Source: Dipteris shenzhenensis (Eukaryota). Taken from it: a stretch of DNA of 64,000 nt. Of this stretch, positions 12,692-25,979 are shown piece by piece. Under the pieces are notes generated by a model. That model worked only from the letters and a program-made list of their open reading frames with translations, made no database searches and had not been told where the DNA came from. Within the stretch, counting starts at the first letter, position 1, and each line of letters opens with the position of its first letter. Made by a program: the position numbers and the translations under genes. The stretch lies in assembly GCA_047967505.1 (NCBI GenBank), contig CM106538.1; one strand, written 5' to 3'.

Positions 12692-13845
12692 GTGTGTGGT
12701 TTTGTAACATTGGCTAATATGCAAGAAGAGGAACTCAAACATGTCTTCAATGTGAATAGTAAGGCTGTACATGCTTTGGTAGAACACCTAGTGAACACTG
12801 CATTTAGAGAGAGCAGGCTCTATGTATCAGGTGGCCAAAGTTTGAGACTCAAACTTGGTTATTGAGTGAAGGATATCTACGAGGAGAATGTCTCATAATT
12901 GTCAAACAAATTGGCATATTTGCACAGTCGCTAGATCATCAATTCTCTAGCGATCCTCGTTTCCAGAATAAGATTACTTTGTCTCAACAACTATACAAGG
13001 ATTATAAAGGCAAGTGTAGTTGCTCAAAGAAAAAGTAAATGTAGAACAGGTTTGTCACATTGTACATGCATCAACATTGGTTACTTCACCTTAATAAAAA
13101 AAACAAAGAATTGCTTGCAATTTTGGAGGCTACATGTGTATATGTTACTCATCCAGGTACTGTTAGTGCAATAGGATTAGTTAGAGATGACAATGAACCA
13201 ATGGTCATATACAAGTACTGAAATAGTAGCCACTTGGATAGATGGTTGTACTTGATTAGTGCAAACACTTGTAGATCTGTACCCAAAGATTTTTTAGATA
13301 TACTCGAAGGAGTGGGTACTTTGGAACGTTTTAGGTGCCACATATTTGACATCACCAATGGCTTGATTGAAACTGTTAAATATATACACACTAGAGGCAT
13401 TCTGCACAACAATTTGCACTCCCAAAATATAATGGTTCATCTTTCGTAAGAAACAAATGATGTTTTTGTCGGCTTAGTGGTATGGAGCTTGAGCACTAAA
13501 GCTAATACATTGAAAACATTTCCAACTCTTCCTGATGATACTGTAGTCCAACAACGTAAACAAAAGTTTTGACATGTTGCACCTGAATGTTTCAGTATCA
13601 ACCCTCCCCGATATTCCAAAGTGTAGGATGTCTACTCACTTTGCTTTAACATAAGCAAATTAGCAAAAGGAATAGAATGTACTAGTGCACCCAAGGCAAG
13701 ATATGTGCTAAACAAGCTTCATGATGTATGTACAAGAGCATTCTCTGTTAGTGCTGCCCATCGTCCTACTATGGATGATTTGTTTGAAACAATGACCAAT
13801 GCTTGTCGTCTTGGAGTAGTGGCTTCTACAAACTCAAGACTTTGA
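12692..13845 (+). pseudogene. Divergent protein kinase domain pseudogene
   Basis: Single frame 13081-13845: 'AILEATCVYVTHPGTV..MVIYKY*NSSHLDRWL..GLIETVKYIHTRGILHNNLHSQNIMV..VGLVVWSLS..*HVAPECF..YSKV*DVYSL..RPTMDDL'. In-frame stops at 13219, 13447, 13570, 13624. Upstream exon begins after branch CTAAC/CAG at 12691. Confidence 0.8.
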
Positions 13846-13914
13846 TGTACTAGTAAATAGACAAAATTCAAGAGCTATTAATTTGTCTTATGCAAATTGT
13901 AATTTGTACTTGCA

Positions 13915-14453
13915 TTCACGCTACTCTACCCCTCTTCCCACTCCTCTTTGGACCATTCTACCTCCCTTGTACTACTTACCCAAAATCATTTTTCAACATG
14001 GTGATTCTATCTATGAATAAAGTGCCTATCCATTTCTTGTCAAAAGGAAATTTAATGAAAATCTCAAGGTGGTCCGATGTATGTGCATGTATGATGGATG
14101 AAACGCCTCGTTGCACACGTGCATGAGCGTGTGAGATCGAAAAGCAAAGGCACCATATAGATCCAAAAGCGAAGGCAAGGCAAGGAATTGAATTTAGATG
14201 AACCAAAATTGAAAATAGAGCTCAAGGACTGAAAATAGAGGGACATGTGGCTCAAGGAGAGCTTGGATTTTGTGTTTGATGGCACTATGCTACATGCCTA
14301 AAAACAAGCTACTACCAATGCATAAGTCCTTTAGCACTTTTTTATGGATAGAATCACCATGTTAAAAAATAATTTTCGGCAAGTAGTACAAGGGAGATAG
14401 AATGGTCCAAAGAGGAGTGGGGACAGCTTGAGAAGGGGGTAGAGTAGCATGAA
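13915..14453. mobile_element. Non-autonomous TIR/foldback element (MITE-like), ~110-120 bp imperfect inverted repeats
   Basis: 13915-14025 'TTCACGCTACTCTACCCC..CCCACTCCTCTTTGGACCATTCTA..CTCCCTTGTACTACTT..AACATGGTGATTCTATC..AAAGTGC' is the reverse complement of 14334-14453, with one ~9 bp indel. No TSD identified. Confidence 0.7.
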
Positions 14454-15299
14454 GACAAAGGGAGGTCACTTTGAGAGAGTTTGTAGGGCTATGCCCAATA
14501 GAGCCCCAAAGAATGACGAGAAGAAATATCTCAATGAGAGTTTTAACAAGCAAAAGCTCCTAGCACGACAAATAAAAATGGATGCAAATTTTTTGGGAAA
14601 GACTGTTGTCATCATTTTCAGACCATACAAAAAGAAATTCAATTAATACACTCTTTTTTGGCTACTGCAGCATCCAAAGCTTCACTTGATAATTCAAATG
14701 TGACATGAAGGCTTCAGAATACAAGAGCTCTTGCCTAAACCGCAAAGCCAAGTGCAACTTACAAAGCAACAAAGGTGAATTTGGGATGGAGGGGATGGAT
14801 GGAGAAGATCTTGGAGACGATGGTGGTGGTGCTTGTGAGGTGATCAAATTTAAGTCGAGTGGATGGTGGTCATACAAGAAGAGGCACACTGGGGAAAGCC
14901 AAGTGGTTGAGTATAACTGCTTGTATACTACCTCTTTCGATTTCAAAGGGCAATAAAAATAGAAAGTTCCTAGTAGCTAGAGACTTGCCCCTAACTTAAC
15001 AATGCTAACAAATGCTTCAATTGAGATAATAACTAGGGTAGGTGATGTTTGTGAGCAAAGAGAGAGAGAGAGTTTATTGAAGTCTTAAGAAGGCCAATGG
15101 CTTTATGAAATTGATAGAAAACTTAAAAATTGATACAAGTAGAAAGGGTGTATCAACCAAAACGAGCATCATCATCATGAATGATGACATTATCCTCATC
15201 CTCATCCTCAAGCATCATCATATCAATCATCATAATCATGTAAGGCCAATGTGACACAATGTGGGGAACACTTGCAAGGGTGTAGAAAGTCAATAGGAG

Positions 15300-17100
15300 A
15301 TTTTGGGGGTGAGGTCGTGCTTATATGTAGCTGGTGATGGAGCGTTGGCATGAGCATTGCCTACCTCAATCTCTTGGCAATGGCTTTGTTCTTAACAAGG
15401 GCTATGGTAACCCATGTGGGTCGTGTCCTAGGTTTGAACATGGATGGGAAGCCATCGAGTGATCTGCATGTCCATCCATTGCTCTCAAGTATGGCACACC
15501 TAAAGCTTTGAATCTTTGCTGTGCCTAATATCTATGACCATGCGGTTCATGTGATCTAATTGAAAGAATTGCATGCTCCTACTTTGAGATGAGTTGGATA
15601 ATGTGCCCAAGGTCTATCTCTACATCTTGAGCAAAAGCTCTTTGTGTGTCGAAGCCCTTCTCTAAGATGCATAAGTGGTCTCTATAGAAGTCGAGCTTCA
15701 CTTGAAGCTCCCTCAGCACCAACTAGACCCTAAATGTGTGTAGCTATAGCAAATCCTCTCAAATGACCTAGTTGACTTGTGATACTCGATGGGCATAGAT
15801 GGAGCATCCAAATTGTATTGAAAGGGAGGCAATCTATCCATGTGGAGCCTCAATCTCTCAAACCACCTATGTGTCTCTACATACTATCCTCTCTCGTCTC
15901 CTCTATCCGCGAGGCCCATGGATGAGGATAGGCCACCCATGGCATCCTATGTTGCCCCGACATACTAGACCTATACTGTTTGGCACGATGTAGATTTGCA
16001 ATGCAGAAGCACCAAACTCAGCTTGAATGATATGATGCATCACTAATGGATTGCCTCAAATCATTCGTGAGGGCAAAAGAATCTATCACTCTACTTGGGC
16101 CCACTCTGTGTCAAAGAGATCTAGCCCCCACCACCAACATTATCAAAGGCTACCATATACATGCTTGCAAGTTGAACCAAGGAATCAAAGGAAAGAGCCT
16201 TAGTTGAAGCATCTAAAAGTGTGAGTGGAAGCATTGCCTCTCCAATCATGCAAGTGAGGCATACCCCTTGCTCGAGCGTGCCTACATCATTGGTCTCATT
16301 GTGAAAATCGGCTAAAAAAAACACATAGGAAGGTGTATGAGGAAACAATCTCAACAAGTGGCCCGTCAAATGTGAACTTCTCCTTATGCATGCTACTCGA
16401 GATGTGTTGAAGATCATAACCTTGGTCTTGTCAAGGTTGACCCTTGTATCATTTTACTCACAAAACGCTTGCAATGCATCTAGATATCTTTGGAGGCCCT
16501 CAACAAAGGAGGACATTAGTACCACATTGTGTGCAAACAAGAGGATTTGAATTAGTATACCAATGAGAGCATCCATCCATTGCTAGTGCCCCCATGAAAG
16601 TCTCAAGCTCATGGATGTAGAGGCCAAAAAAGATTGGTGATAATGGACAACCTTGTTATACCCTAATGGTGCTCATAATCTCCTCTCTCCATCCGACACC
16701 TATCCAAACTCCATTTGAGACTATCTCATAAAGCACCATAACAACCTATATGATCTCCTAGCCATACCCCAACTCCTACATGCACCTACACTCATGCGAA
16801 AGTCTTATGGAAGTCCACAAAGCCATAGTATATCATCTACTTCCATGACCTAACCTCCTCTATGACATGCTTGAGTGAGTACATTATCCATGGTCCCGTG
16901 GTCACACCAAAATCTTACTTGCCCCTTTGCTTTGAGCCACAACATCTCTAAAAACTGACCGACCTCTATGTCAAGTATCTATGTCAAGTACTCATGCATA
17001 GATCTTGGACATGACATGTCTATTCATAATGATCCTATAGTTTCCCAAACTCATGGGATCCCCTACCTTGTGATGAATAGGTGCAATAATATTAAGGTGT
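15300..17100 (-). mobile_element. Degenerate non-LTR retrotransposon (RTE/RTEX-like) reverse transcriptase
   Basis: Minus strand: 'GNYRIIM..SKIY' (~17040), 'FVDFHKT' (~16815), 'V*QGCPLSPIFFGLYI' (~16650), 'ILLFAHNVVLMSS..GLQRYLDALQAFC..VNLDKTKVMIFN' (~16410-16550), 'EIVSSYTFL'. Left end approximate. Confidence 0.8.
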
Positions 17101-17219
17101 GGAAAGCAAAGGTACATTACTTCATAAGAGACTTCAAGGGTCTATGAGACAAGGTACAAAACCAAGAAGTGACTTGCTATATCTAGATAACTAAAAAATC
17201 AAGGGAGTGCCTAAGGCTC

Positions 17220-17223
<4 letters not shown>

Positions 17224-17257
<34 letters not shown>
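17224..17257. repeat. (GA)n microsatellite
   Basis: Perfect GA run. Confidence 0.95.
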
Positions 17258-17262
<5 letters not shown>

Positions 17263-17924
17263 ATCTCCAAAACACCAAAATATCATAGAGTAAGGAACCA
17301 AAAGTCCAACTACACAAATATTCATCAAGTAACAAGAGAACAACGACAAAAGAAATGCCACTATGAGCCACAAATACAAACCTTACCACTTTAGCCCATG
17401 ATTGTAAAAGGTCACCATAAGGGTAGACCTAGTTTCTTTTGTTATATCCAAATCCAACCGTGACTTAAGTAGCTTAGATATTCAAGAACCTAGAGGCATT
17501 GACATGTTCTAATACCATACTTTATCACTTAGCATCACTCCACCAACTCCGCTCCATATTACAATCATTTATGTCTCTTGCACAAGATCCAACAATCACG
17601 TTTTGAATCTCACTATATCTTCAACCTATCAAATTCATCCTTAAATTCAACTAATCATTTGTCCTTTGATTGTTAGCCTATTATCCATTTATCAATATTT
17701 GGCAAGTCATTCATTATTTAGTCTTTAACCTATGGTCTTCAACCTATCAATCATCCTTCGATCTGTCCTATCATTCAATCCTTCGATCTTTAGTCTTTGG
17801 TATCAACATGTATTCTCCCCACTTGTAATTATCCATGTCCTCATGGATTTCTTCAATACCTCTTTTCCCCCATGAACATCTAATTGTAAAGTCACCTCTC
17901 ATGTGCATATTTGTTATCAACCCT

Positions 17925-18290
17925 CTTTTGATCTCATGCATACAAGGGTATGCTTCATCGATGCTTCAAAGCTAAATAGTTATTTGTTTGAGGCTACATC
18001 CCTTATCTCTTCCTTATTGTCAACTTTCTTTGGTCTTGCACATGGAAGCACCACATTATGCTTACTTGGCCCCTTTCTCCCTCTCTGTTTGAGAATCCAT
18101 TCCTTGTAGTCAACCTTCTTTTGGTCTCACACATGTAGAGGACCCTTCAAGCTTACTTGGCCTCTTTCTCTTTGTTTGAGACTGCATCCTAGAAGCTTCC
18201 TTGTTCATAGCCTTCTCTTGGTCTTGTACATGAAAATGCTCTTCATGCATACTTAGTCTCCTTTCTCTTCATTTGAGGCTACATGTGCGC
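17925..18290. repeat. Degenerate ~90-100 bp tandem repeat (3-4 copies)
   Basis: Recurrent 'TTGGTCT..CACATG..CTTACTT(G/A)G.C..TTTCTC..TTTGAG' at ~18030, ~18120 and ~18218. Confidence 0.55.
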
Positions 18291-18419
18291 TTCACTCTTC
18301 TTGTCTTTTCCATATCTTTAGTTTCTTCCTTCTCTTGTTGCAAATTTCTCCTCTTTGTTGCAATTCTTTTGCTTACTACATCATTAAGTGTTGTCTTCCC
18401 TGTATTTCTATGGGGGAGG

Positions 18420-18871
18420 CTACACAAAGGAGAGCAAAAGAGACAAGAGACAGAGACCCAAATGTGGTACACCTACAAAGTCACCCTTATCTTCTGTCTC
18501 TCATATATATATATATATATATACATATATATGTATATATATATATGTATATATGTATATATATATATGTATATATGTATATATATATATGTATATATGT
18601 ATATATATATATGTATATATGTATATATATATATGTATATATGTATATATATATATGTATATATATATATATGTATATATGTATACATATATGTATGTAT
18701 ATATATATATGTATGTATATATATATATGTATATACATATATGTATATATATATATATGTATATACATATATGTATATATATATATATGTATATACATAT
18801 ATGTATATATATATATATGTATATACATATATGTATATACATATATATATATACATATATATATACATACA

Positions 18872-18956
<85 letters not shown>

Positions 18957-19016
18957 TATTAGTGAAGCACATAGGCCTTTAACCCCACAACCTTCCACTT
19001 AAAGGCCAATGTGCCT
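18420..19016 (-). mobile_element. Copia 3'-LTR/PPT remnant related to the 26256-33387 element, with internal (TA)n expansion
   Basis: 18967-19016 'GCACATAGGCCTTTAACCCCACA|ACCTTCCACTTAAAGGCCAATGTGCC' matches 26402-26451 (LTR terminus + PPT). 'AGAGACAGAGA..ACCCTTATCTTCT' before the microsatellite matches the LTR's 'AGAAACAGAGA..ACCCTAATCTTCT'. Confidence 0.6.
18503..18955. repeat. ~450 bp (TA)n microsatellite with TG/CA interruptions
   Basis: Direct inspection; produces spurious YI-rich ORFs in all frames. Confidence 0.98.
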
Positions 19017-19939
19017 CCTCTCTCTAGGCGACCTCTCTCCTTCATTTCACAATGTTGTGTCTCCTCCCTCTCTCTAAGCTCTCTTGACTTGACCCTTGCA
19101 ATCTCTCCCTCTCTAATCAACTTTGATCTCTCTATAGCCCCCACTTTTCCGATACGCAAGGCAAAATCTGACAAGACAAGGAAAACTAGGCCAACTAATT
19201 TATCGTGAGGCATCCTCGTGGACTTCAGCCTCAATATATCGACCTTTCTAGAAGAGCTGTTTCTCTTTATGTAACTTTCAATACACCAAAACTGTAAAAA
19301 TCTTAAGGCAACAGAGGTAAACACGCAAGCAAAGAAGCATCTCAGTTGACACAATTGAGGCTAAGATCGCTCCTTGACAAAGGGACGATATAGAGAGCCA
19401 GTGGAAATCCTCTGAGAGCATTATACGATGGAGTTACGAAACTGCAGATGGACACAGGAGCCCTTAAACACTGCAGCTAAGGCACTGAACATCTACAGTT
19501 TTTAGAGAGCAAAACACAGAACAGGACGAACTAAAACGAAAAAATACTCGTGGAAACCATTAGCAGACGTTACATACATCCAGGGACATGCCACATCGTA
19601 ACGAAGAAGCGGCTTCAACCCATCGAACTAGGGCTGCAGACACCCCGAAACTTGCAACATTAAAAAACCACGAACTTACAGATAACAATCAGGTAATCAG
19701 ATTGGCAAATTTCGAGCTGTCCATCGATCTCCACCCCAGACGAGACCAGACCTCAAGAACTCTCAAAACACTCAGGACTCCAACAATACAAACACTCAAG
19801 CAACCCAAAGCACTTAGGACTAATTAGGACTCAAACAATACCAAAAATCAAACGACCCGCCAGTTAAATAGAGCAGATGAAACCCAAAACAGTGGTGGTG
19901 TACAAATACACCGTAATAGAGAGCCCCGTTCACCACATC

Positions 19940-20383
<444 letters not shown>

Positions 20384-22189
20384 CTATGGAGAAATGAGCT
20401 ATGGCGAGAAGATCAGATAAATTTTAGAAGTGGCGAGCTCGTCACTTTGTAGTAGAAGATGATGAAGATTTGAAATTTTCCCACTTTGAAATTTGAACTT
20501 TTGCCCGCCACAAATAGCTCTCAATTTTGCCCCTCACAAAGGGGCCACTCTTGTGCCCCCCTAACTGGCAGGCCGCAAAGCATCCGCTTCGCTGGAGATT
20601 TTGCACAATTGCAGTGGGGAATCCCTTTGCACTGCACAAATCACCTTCTAGCAAAACTTTGGGAGCAATTCACCGATCGTGAAGGCTTCATCTGCAAGGA
20701 TTGGCGAAATGCATCTGGTCTAGTAGTAGTCCATGGAAGGCCTCATTCCATCTCTCCTTAGTGTCCATAGGTTACCCATCGCATGTCCAGTGACCACCCA
20801 ATTGGGTCTCCCTTTAACGTATGAGATGGCCTTGTATTGCAATGATAAATTATTGATTTTCTTGCTCGATGATCCTGGTTGGGAAAAAGCAAAGCAATGG
20901 ACAAAGCAAACTGTTGGCTAACGTCATTGATCGAGTCATTGATCGCTTTGGATCCTGAGTGCAAGGCGATGTCAAAGTGCGAAGAAACGCATCCTAATGG
21001 AGCTTTCGTGAGAGCATCTATCATGCAGAAATATGTGAGCTCATTGAGCAACTAAATCCACACAGAAAGCTGTCTACAATCAAGTTAACGCAACGATGGA
21101 CAAGGAAAATTTCTTTGTTTGCAAATGCAACAGAGGCCCAATTGTCCAACAAACCAGATTTTAGACTTTTGGATGTGACACAATTCCAACCTTACACTAT
21201 CCTTTATTGTTGAATGTTCAACCAATTCAGTAGAAATAGTAGAAATTGCATCATTCAAGATTCTTGCTTTGTGGGTTCGAATGGAGGAGGGAGGCACGGC
21301 TTGAATGGACACATCGCATGATACCAGGCTGCCATGCCACAAGGAAAGCCAAGCATTGTAGGATAGGACAATCAGCATTGTAGGATTGTACAATCAGCAT
21401 GAAGAGTAGGTCCAAGGCCTACTGAAGTACATAGCAGTCAAACCAAGCAAAGCAGGTAGTTACAGGGAAGGCCTCATGTTGTGTAGGCATTCCAATAGCC
21501 AATCCCAGCCAGTTAGAGTGTGGTTGCATTAGCAAGTAGCAAGGGCTACCACATGTGGTCAGGTTGCTAATCGACCTAGATAGTAGAATTGCTCGGGCAG
21601 CACTTCACAAGGGCACTCATACTCATTGATAAAATGAAATGTAGCTATATTTTCCATCCAGATCCAATTCACGGTAAGATGGGTCTTGTTGCAAGACCTT
21701 GCTTGAATTTACAAGTTGATCTTAAATTTCAATTGGCTCATCCACTGATGTGGGAAAAACATTTCATAATAGAGCACAAAGCTTCCAAAAGGGGCCCAGT
21801 ATAAAACAGTAATCGGGCTTATTACAATTCTTAATTTACAAGAGTAGACCATTCTAGACCATCTCTTTATGGTTGGCTTTCGAAAAATAGCATTCCAAAA
21901 CCTCATGTTTCAATAGTTGGGGTTTACATATAAGTTGATTCGATTGTTTGCCCTCTTAGCCCTCGAAGCTTCAATCCGATGGGCACGAGCCATGCATTGC
22001 TTTGCAGTAGGCACATGTAGGGAAGACCCTCGCTATTATGCAGAGAAACACCTCCCCACAAAGCAGCCCTCAATTGCACCTCGAACTGGGCTTGCTAAAT
22101 CTCCCATGCCTTTTGGCTGCCTTGGCTTGTCGCTCATCAATTCTCTGCTTTTCTTTGGCCACTCTTGCTTGCTATGATTCCCTTTGCTT

Positions 22190-23790
22190 TAGCTATTTTT
22201 GCCTCCTCCTTGCCTCTTTCATTCTCTCCACCTCCATCTTGTTTGCATTCTTGGCCCACATGGTATCTATATATTGATTAGATGCTAGAATAATTGAATG
22301 GCTATAGTCGACATGTGCCTCTCCCTGCACCCTTGCAATGGTCACATTTTCACAAGGTAGGTCCACCACCCCTGCATTCAGGGTTTTGCAAAGGAATTGT
22401 ATGCCCATGCTATTGAAGGTTGCCACTACTGCTCCCTTCAACCTCCCTCCAAGTCTGCATTCTCTGGTGTGCTTGGAACCTGAGTAGGATCAACCTCTAG
22501 CAATACTTGTTGTTCCTCATATTGTGGTTGTTCAACTTGACTAATATCAGCCTCTATAAATTTTGAAGTTGGCTCCAACTGCATTGTAGGCTCTATAACA
22601 GTAACCTCAATGTTTTTACATGGCAAGTGATCAAAACAAAGAGCTTCTCTATTGAATGGCTAGATCCCAGTGGCACAGAATCTTGCCTTTATATTTTGAC
22701 TCCATGAAGTGGTAGGTAGAGCTAGGGTTGATATGCCAGCAAGATCTGTCTTTGAAACTTGGGGACAAAAATTGTTCATTAGCCAAACAAACCTCTCTTT
22801 GTTGAAGTTGCTCTTGAAAGACTTGAAGATCGACACATCAAGGGGCTGGAGTTTGTGAGAAGTGTGTGCAGGCAAAGTCACAATATCAACACCCCATTCA
22901 ACTGCCTTGGCCACAACATCCAAACCAGTGTGGCTCCCATGCCCATCGATTATGAGCAGGTGCATGTTGGTTGGTGTGACTGCATTTGGAAGGGAGTTCT
23001 TGAAATGATCAAGCCTGCATATGCAGCAAACAATTGACCAGTCATCCAAGCCTTATTTTGCATTGACATGATAGCCCCATCCTCACATTGGGTTAGATAA
23101 TTTCGCATTACTTATATGTAATAACTTGGAAGGGCAAATCTGGCTGCATTCACACAACAAAGAATGGTAAACCACTCTCTTGAATCACGCCTTCACCCAT
23201 AAACTTGCCTTCACCCTTTTCGAGCAAGTAATTTCATTCCTCTATCTTTGGAGCCCTACACCCGTCTCGTCTGCATTCCATATGTTACGAGGCGCGTATT
23301 GGTGGAGATTGTACATTGTCTCCAAGTTGTCATGAAATGAAGCTATTTCAAGACAGAGGCTTCCTGCTCTTGTGTGATCAAGTGACTCTACAACTCGGAA
23401 TGCTAGCTCTAGATGTCTTTTGCAGAAACCATCACACCAACTTTTGCCAAGAACACCATTTGAGAATGGGGTGGGCCGAGTTTGGCTTATAGTGGCTACT
23501 TTCAAGCTCAAATCATAAACTGTAATGCTCGACCTGACTCTTGCATTTCGAAGCACCACTCTACCAATGCCTTCTCCTCTTCTTCAAATAGTACAAGTGC
23601 TGGTCCCTTGCGTTTTTTGGTCATTCTTCCTTTCAACCATGCAGCCAAGGCAGACCAACTCATGCCCCATCGTTTTGAGCAGGCTCGCATTGATGATCCA
23701 TTTTCATGTGCCTCCATTGCATCATGCATGTCCTTTTCAGTGCAATCTCTCTCTACTCTTTTATGGTACGATCAGGTCTTACTAGTGGGG
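22190..23790 (-). mobile_element. pogo/Fot1-like (Tc1/mariner superfamily) transposase pseudogene: HTH-psq + CENP-B-type HTH + DDE_1
   Basis: 'AMEAHENGSSMRACSKRWGMSWSAL..GPALVLFEEEEKALVEW' (23508-23729), 'GKSWCDGFCKRH..NIWNADETG' (23242-23559), 'LLIIDGHGSH..LPAHTSHKLQPLDVSIFKSFK' (22660-23049). Frameshifted; TIRs not found. Confidence 0.9.
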
Positions 23791-25979
23791 TTGCACATGC
23801 AGCTATACTAGAGGATGAACCACTACTGCTAGAGGGTCTGGTAACACTCTTGGTCTTCTAAATAGGCACTGTGAAGACCAACTCCTTCCATTAATAGAAG
23901 ATTGGGTGCTTCTAGTTTTCATCGTACTCATAATACCAATGCAATTACTATTTTGTGTTGAAAAACACAAATTAGTAGACCGTGCTATGTGTTGACAAAG
24001 ACACAAAATAGTGTGAGGTGGTGGTGTGTTGAGAGACAGAAATGTGGGTTCAAAAACACAGAACACAATGTGTGGAATTGTCCTATTCAAAAATAAGAAG
24101 GAAAGACAATCAATACTAACTGAGCAGCTTTGATGTTAAGAGAACAAAATAAACAAAATAAGAGACAAGAAAGAAATAAGAAACAATTGAGCATATGAGC
24201 TGATGCTAAATGGGCACATGCTGCTAATTGAGCATATAAGCTGATACTACCTAAGCATAATGATGCTACTTGAGCACATAATCAATGCTAACAATGCACA
24301 CAAAGTGATGCTATAACCAAGGACCATAGCTAACTATCATTGGGTGGAAATAAGCCACACAAGAGCTAGAAACGACCCATTAAAATTGAGATTCTATGCA
24401 TGGGTCAATATTTATGTCATGTCTTGATTTGGAGCACTCACCAAATGCTTACAAAACTTGAGACGATGGTCGATCCAACAGTCTTTTGACTCTACTCTAG
24501 GAGTATGTCATAGTCCTGAACAGAGAATTTTCTCTTCTTTGGGGTTTGGGGCTTGGACTCTACTGATGGTTGACATCATTGGTTGAGGGCTAGTTAGAAC
24601 CTTCTTCTTCATTTGTTGGTGGTGTTTGGTAGCATAGAGAATCCCAAACTACACATGAATACCTCCACAGTAGCACGTTCTACATCCGTGGCAATCGAGC
24701 AAGATATCAGAACGAAAAATCCCCCTCACAATCGGGTGCCTCTCAATCAAACAGGTGATGCACTCGCAAGGTGGTTCTTTGTACTGCATTTCTCCTATCA
24801 CACAAAGGGGTATAGCTCAAGAGAAAAACATAGTTTTATCACGATCTTGGATTCTTATAGTTCTTCAAACCAAGGTGCACGCTAGATGCTTGTCGTTTGA
24901 TTGGTTGCCACTTAAAATATTGGATTTGGATGTTGATTTCAAATCGAAGGGCTAACAGATGCAGAGATTGATAAAATGGAGAGGATTGTAAGAGATTCAA
25001 GCTTGCTTGAAGAAGTGGAATGGGCTGTTGATTTCAAATTGGAGGGCTTGGAGATGGTAAGACCTGTGGTGATCCGAGACTGTGCCAGAGCCAATTGAAT
25101 TTAGCCGATTGAATTTGGTGGTGGCTACAATTGACTTCGTGGGTGGGTGAGGACTAGAACTATGGCGCTATGATTGAATTTGTGGGTGGGTGAGTACCAG
25201 AACTGTGGTTGGGGAGAATTAATCTTGAGGCTCAGAGCATTACTCCCTGGCATTAGGCGTAGAGTGGGTGGATTTTGGTACATTTCTCCTTGGCATTGGG
25301 CGCAAGCTTTAGGGATTTGGTGCAGGGAAATTCTCCTTGTAGGTGGCATCCATACTCAAAGTTATGGGGGACTTTTGGTGGGTGCCCCTTACCAGCCCTC
25401 TTACCCTATGCACAGCCAATGATGGTTTGCACAAAATTTGAGGCAAAATGCTGATGCACCAATGTGCAAAACGAGTGCTTGATTTTTGAAGGTGCTAAAA
25501 TGAGCACCAGTGTGCCATTTTCAGTTCAACCAATCGGGTGCCTCTAGACAATGGTTCAGAACCTTGCGACTCCCATTGCACATTGGTCCAAAACCCTGCA
25601 CACCTAATAGGAGTACTGAACAACCAATGTATCAATGCCAACTAATGCTTGGCAGAGGCTCTTTACATCTTTATCTACTGTAGTCTACATTTAATGCTCT
25701 TCTCATGCTCTTTGGAAAGAAAACGCATGAACAAAAAGAAAAGGAGGCCTTAGAAATACTCAAAGAAAATGTTAAGGGTTCTTACGAGATAGCGTCACAC
25801 CAAGTTGTACACCTTACAAGCAAAAGTAATTGTACAACACAACTTGACATCCATAGCAATAAAGGAAGCATCAACAACTTTGTTGGACATTATTCGCAAC
25901 CATCTTGCATAATCAAAGGAGTCAAATACTTGAATTTAGTCGAAATCTATGTCAACTATCTCTATAGATACAACAGAAG

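Noticed and set aside
18273-19002. Long YI-rich ORFs in six frames
   Set aside because: Artefacts of the stop-free (TA)n microsatellite.
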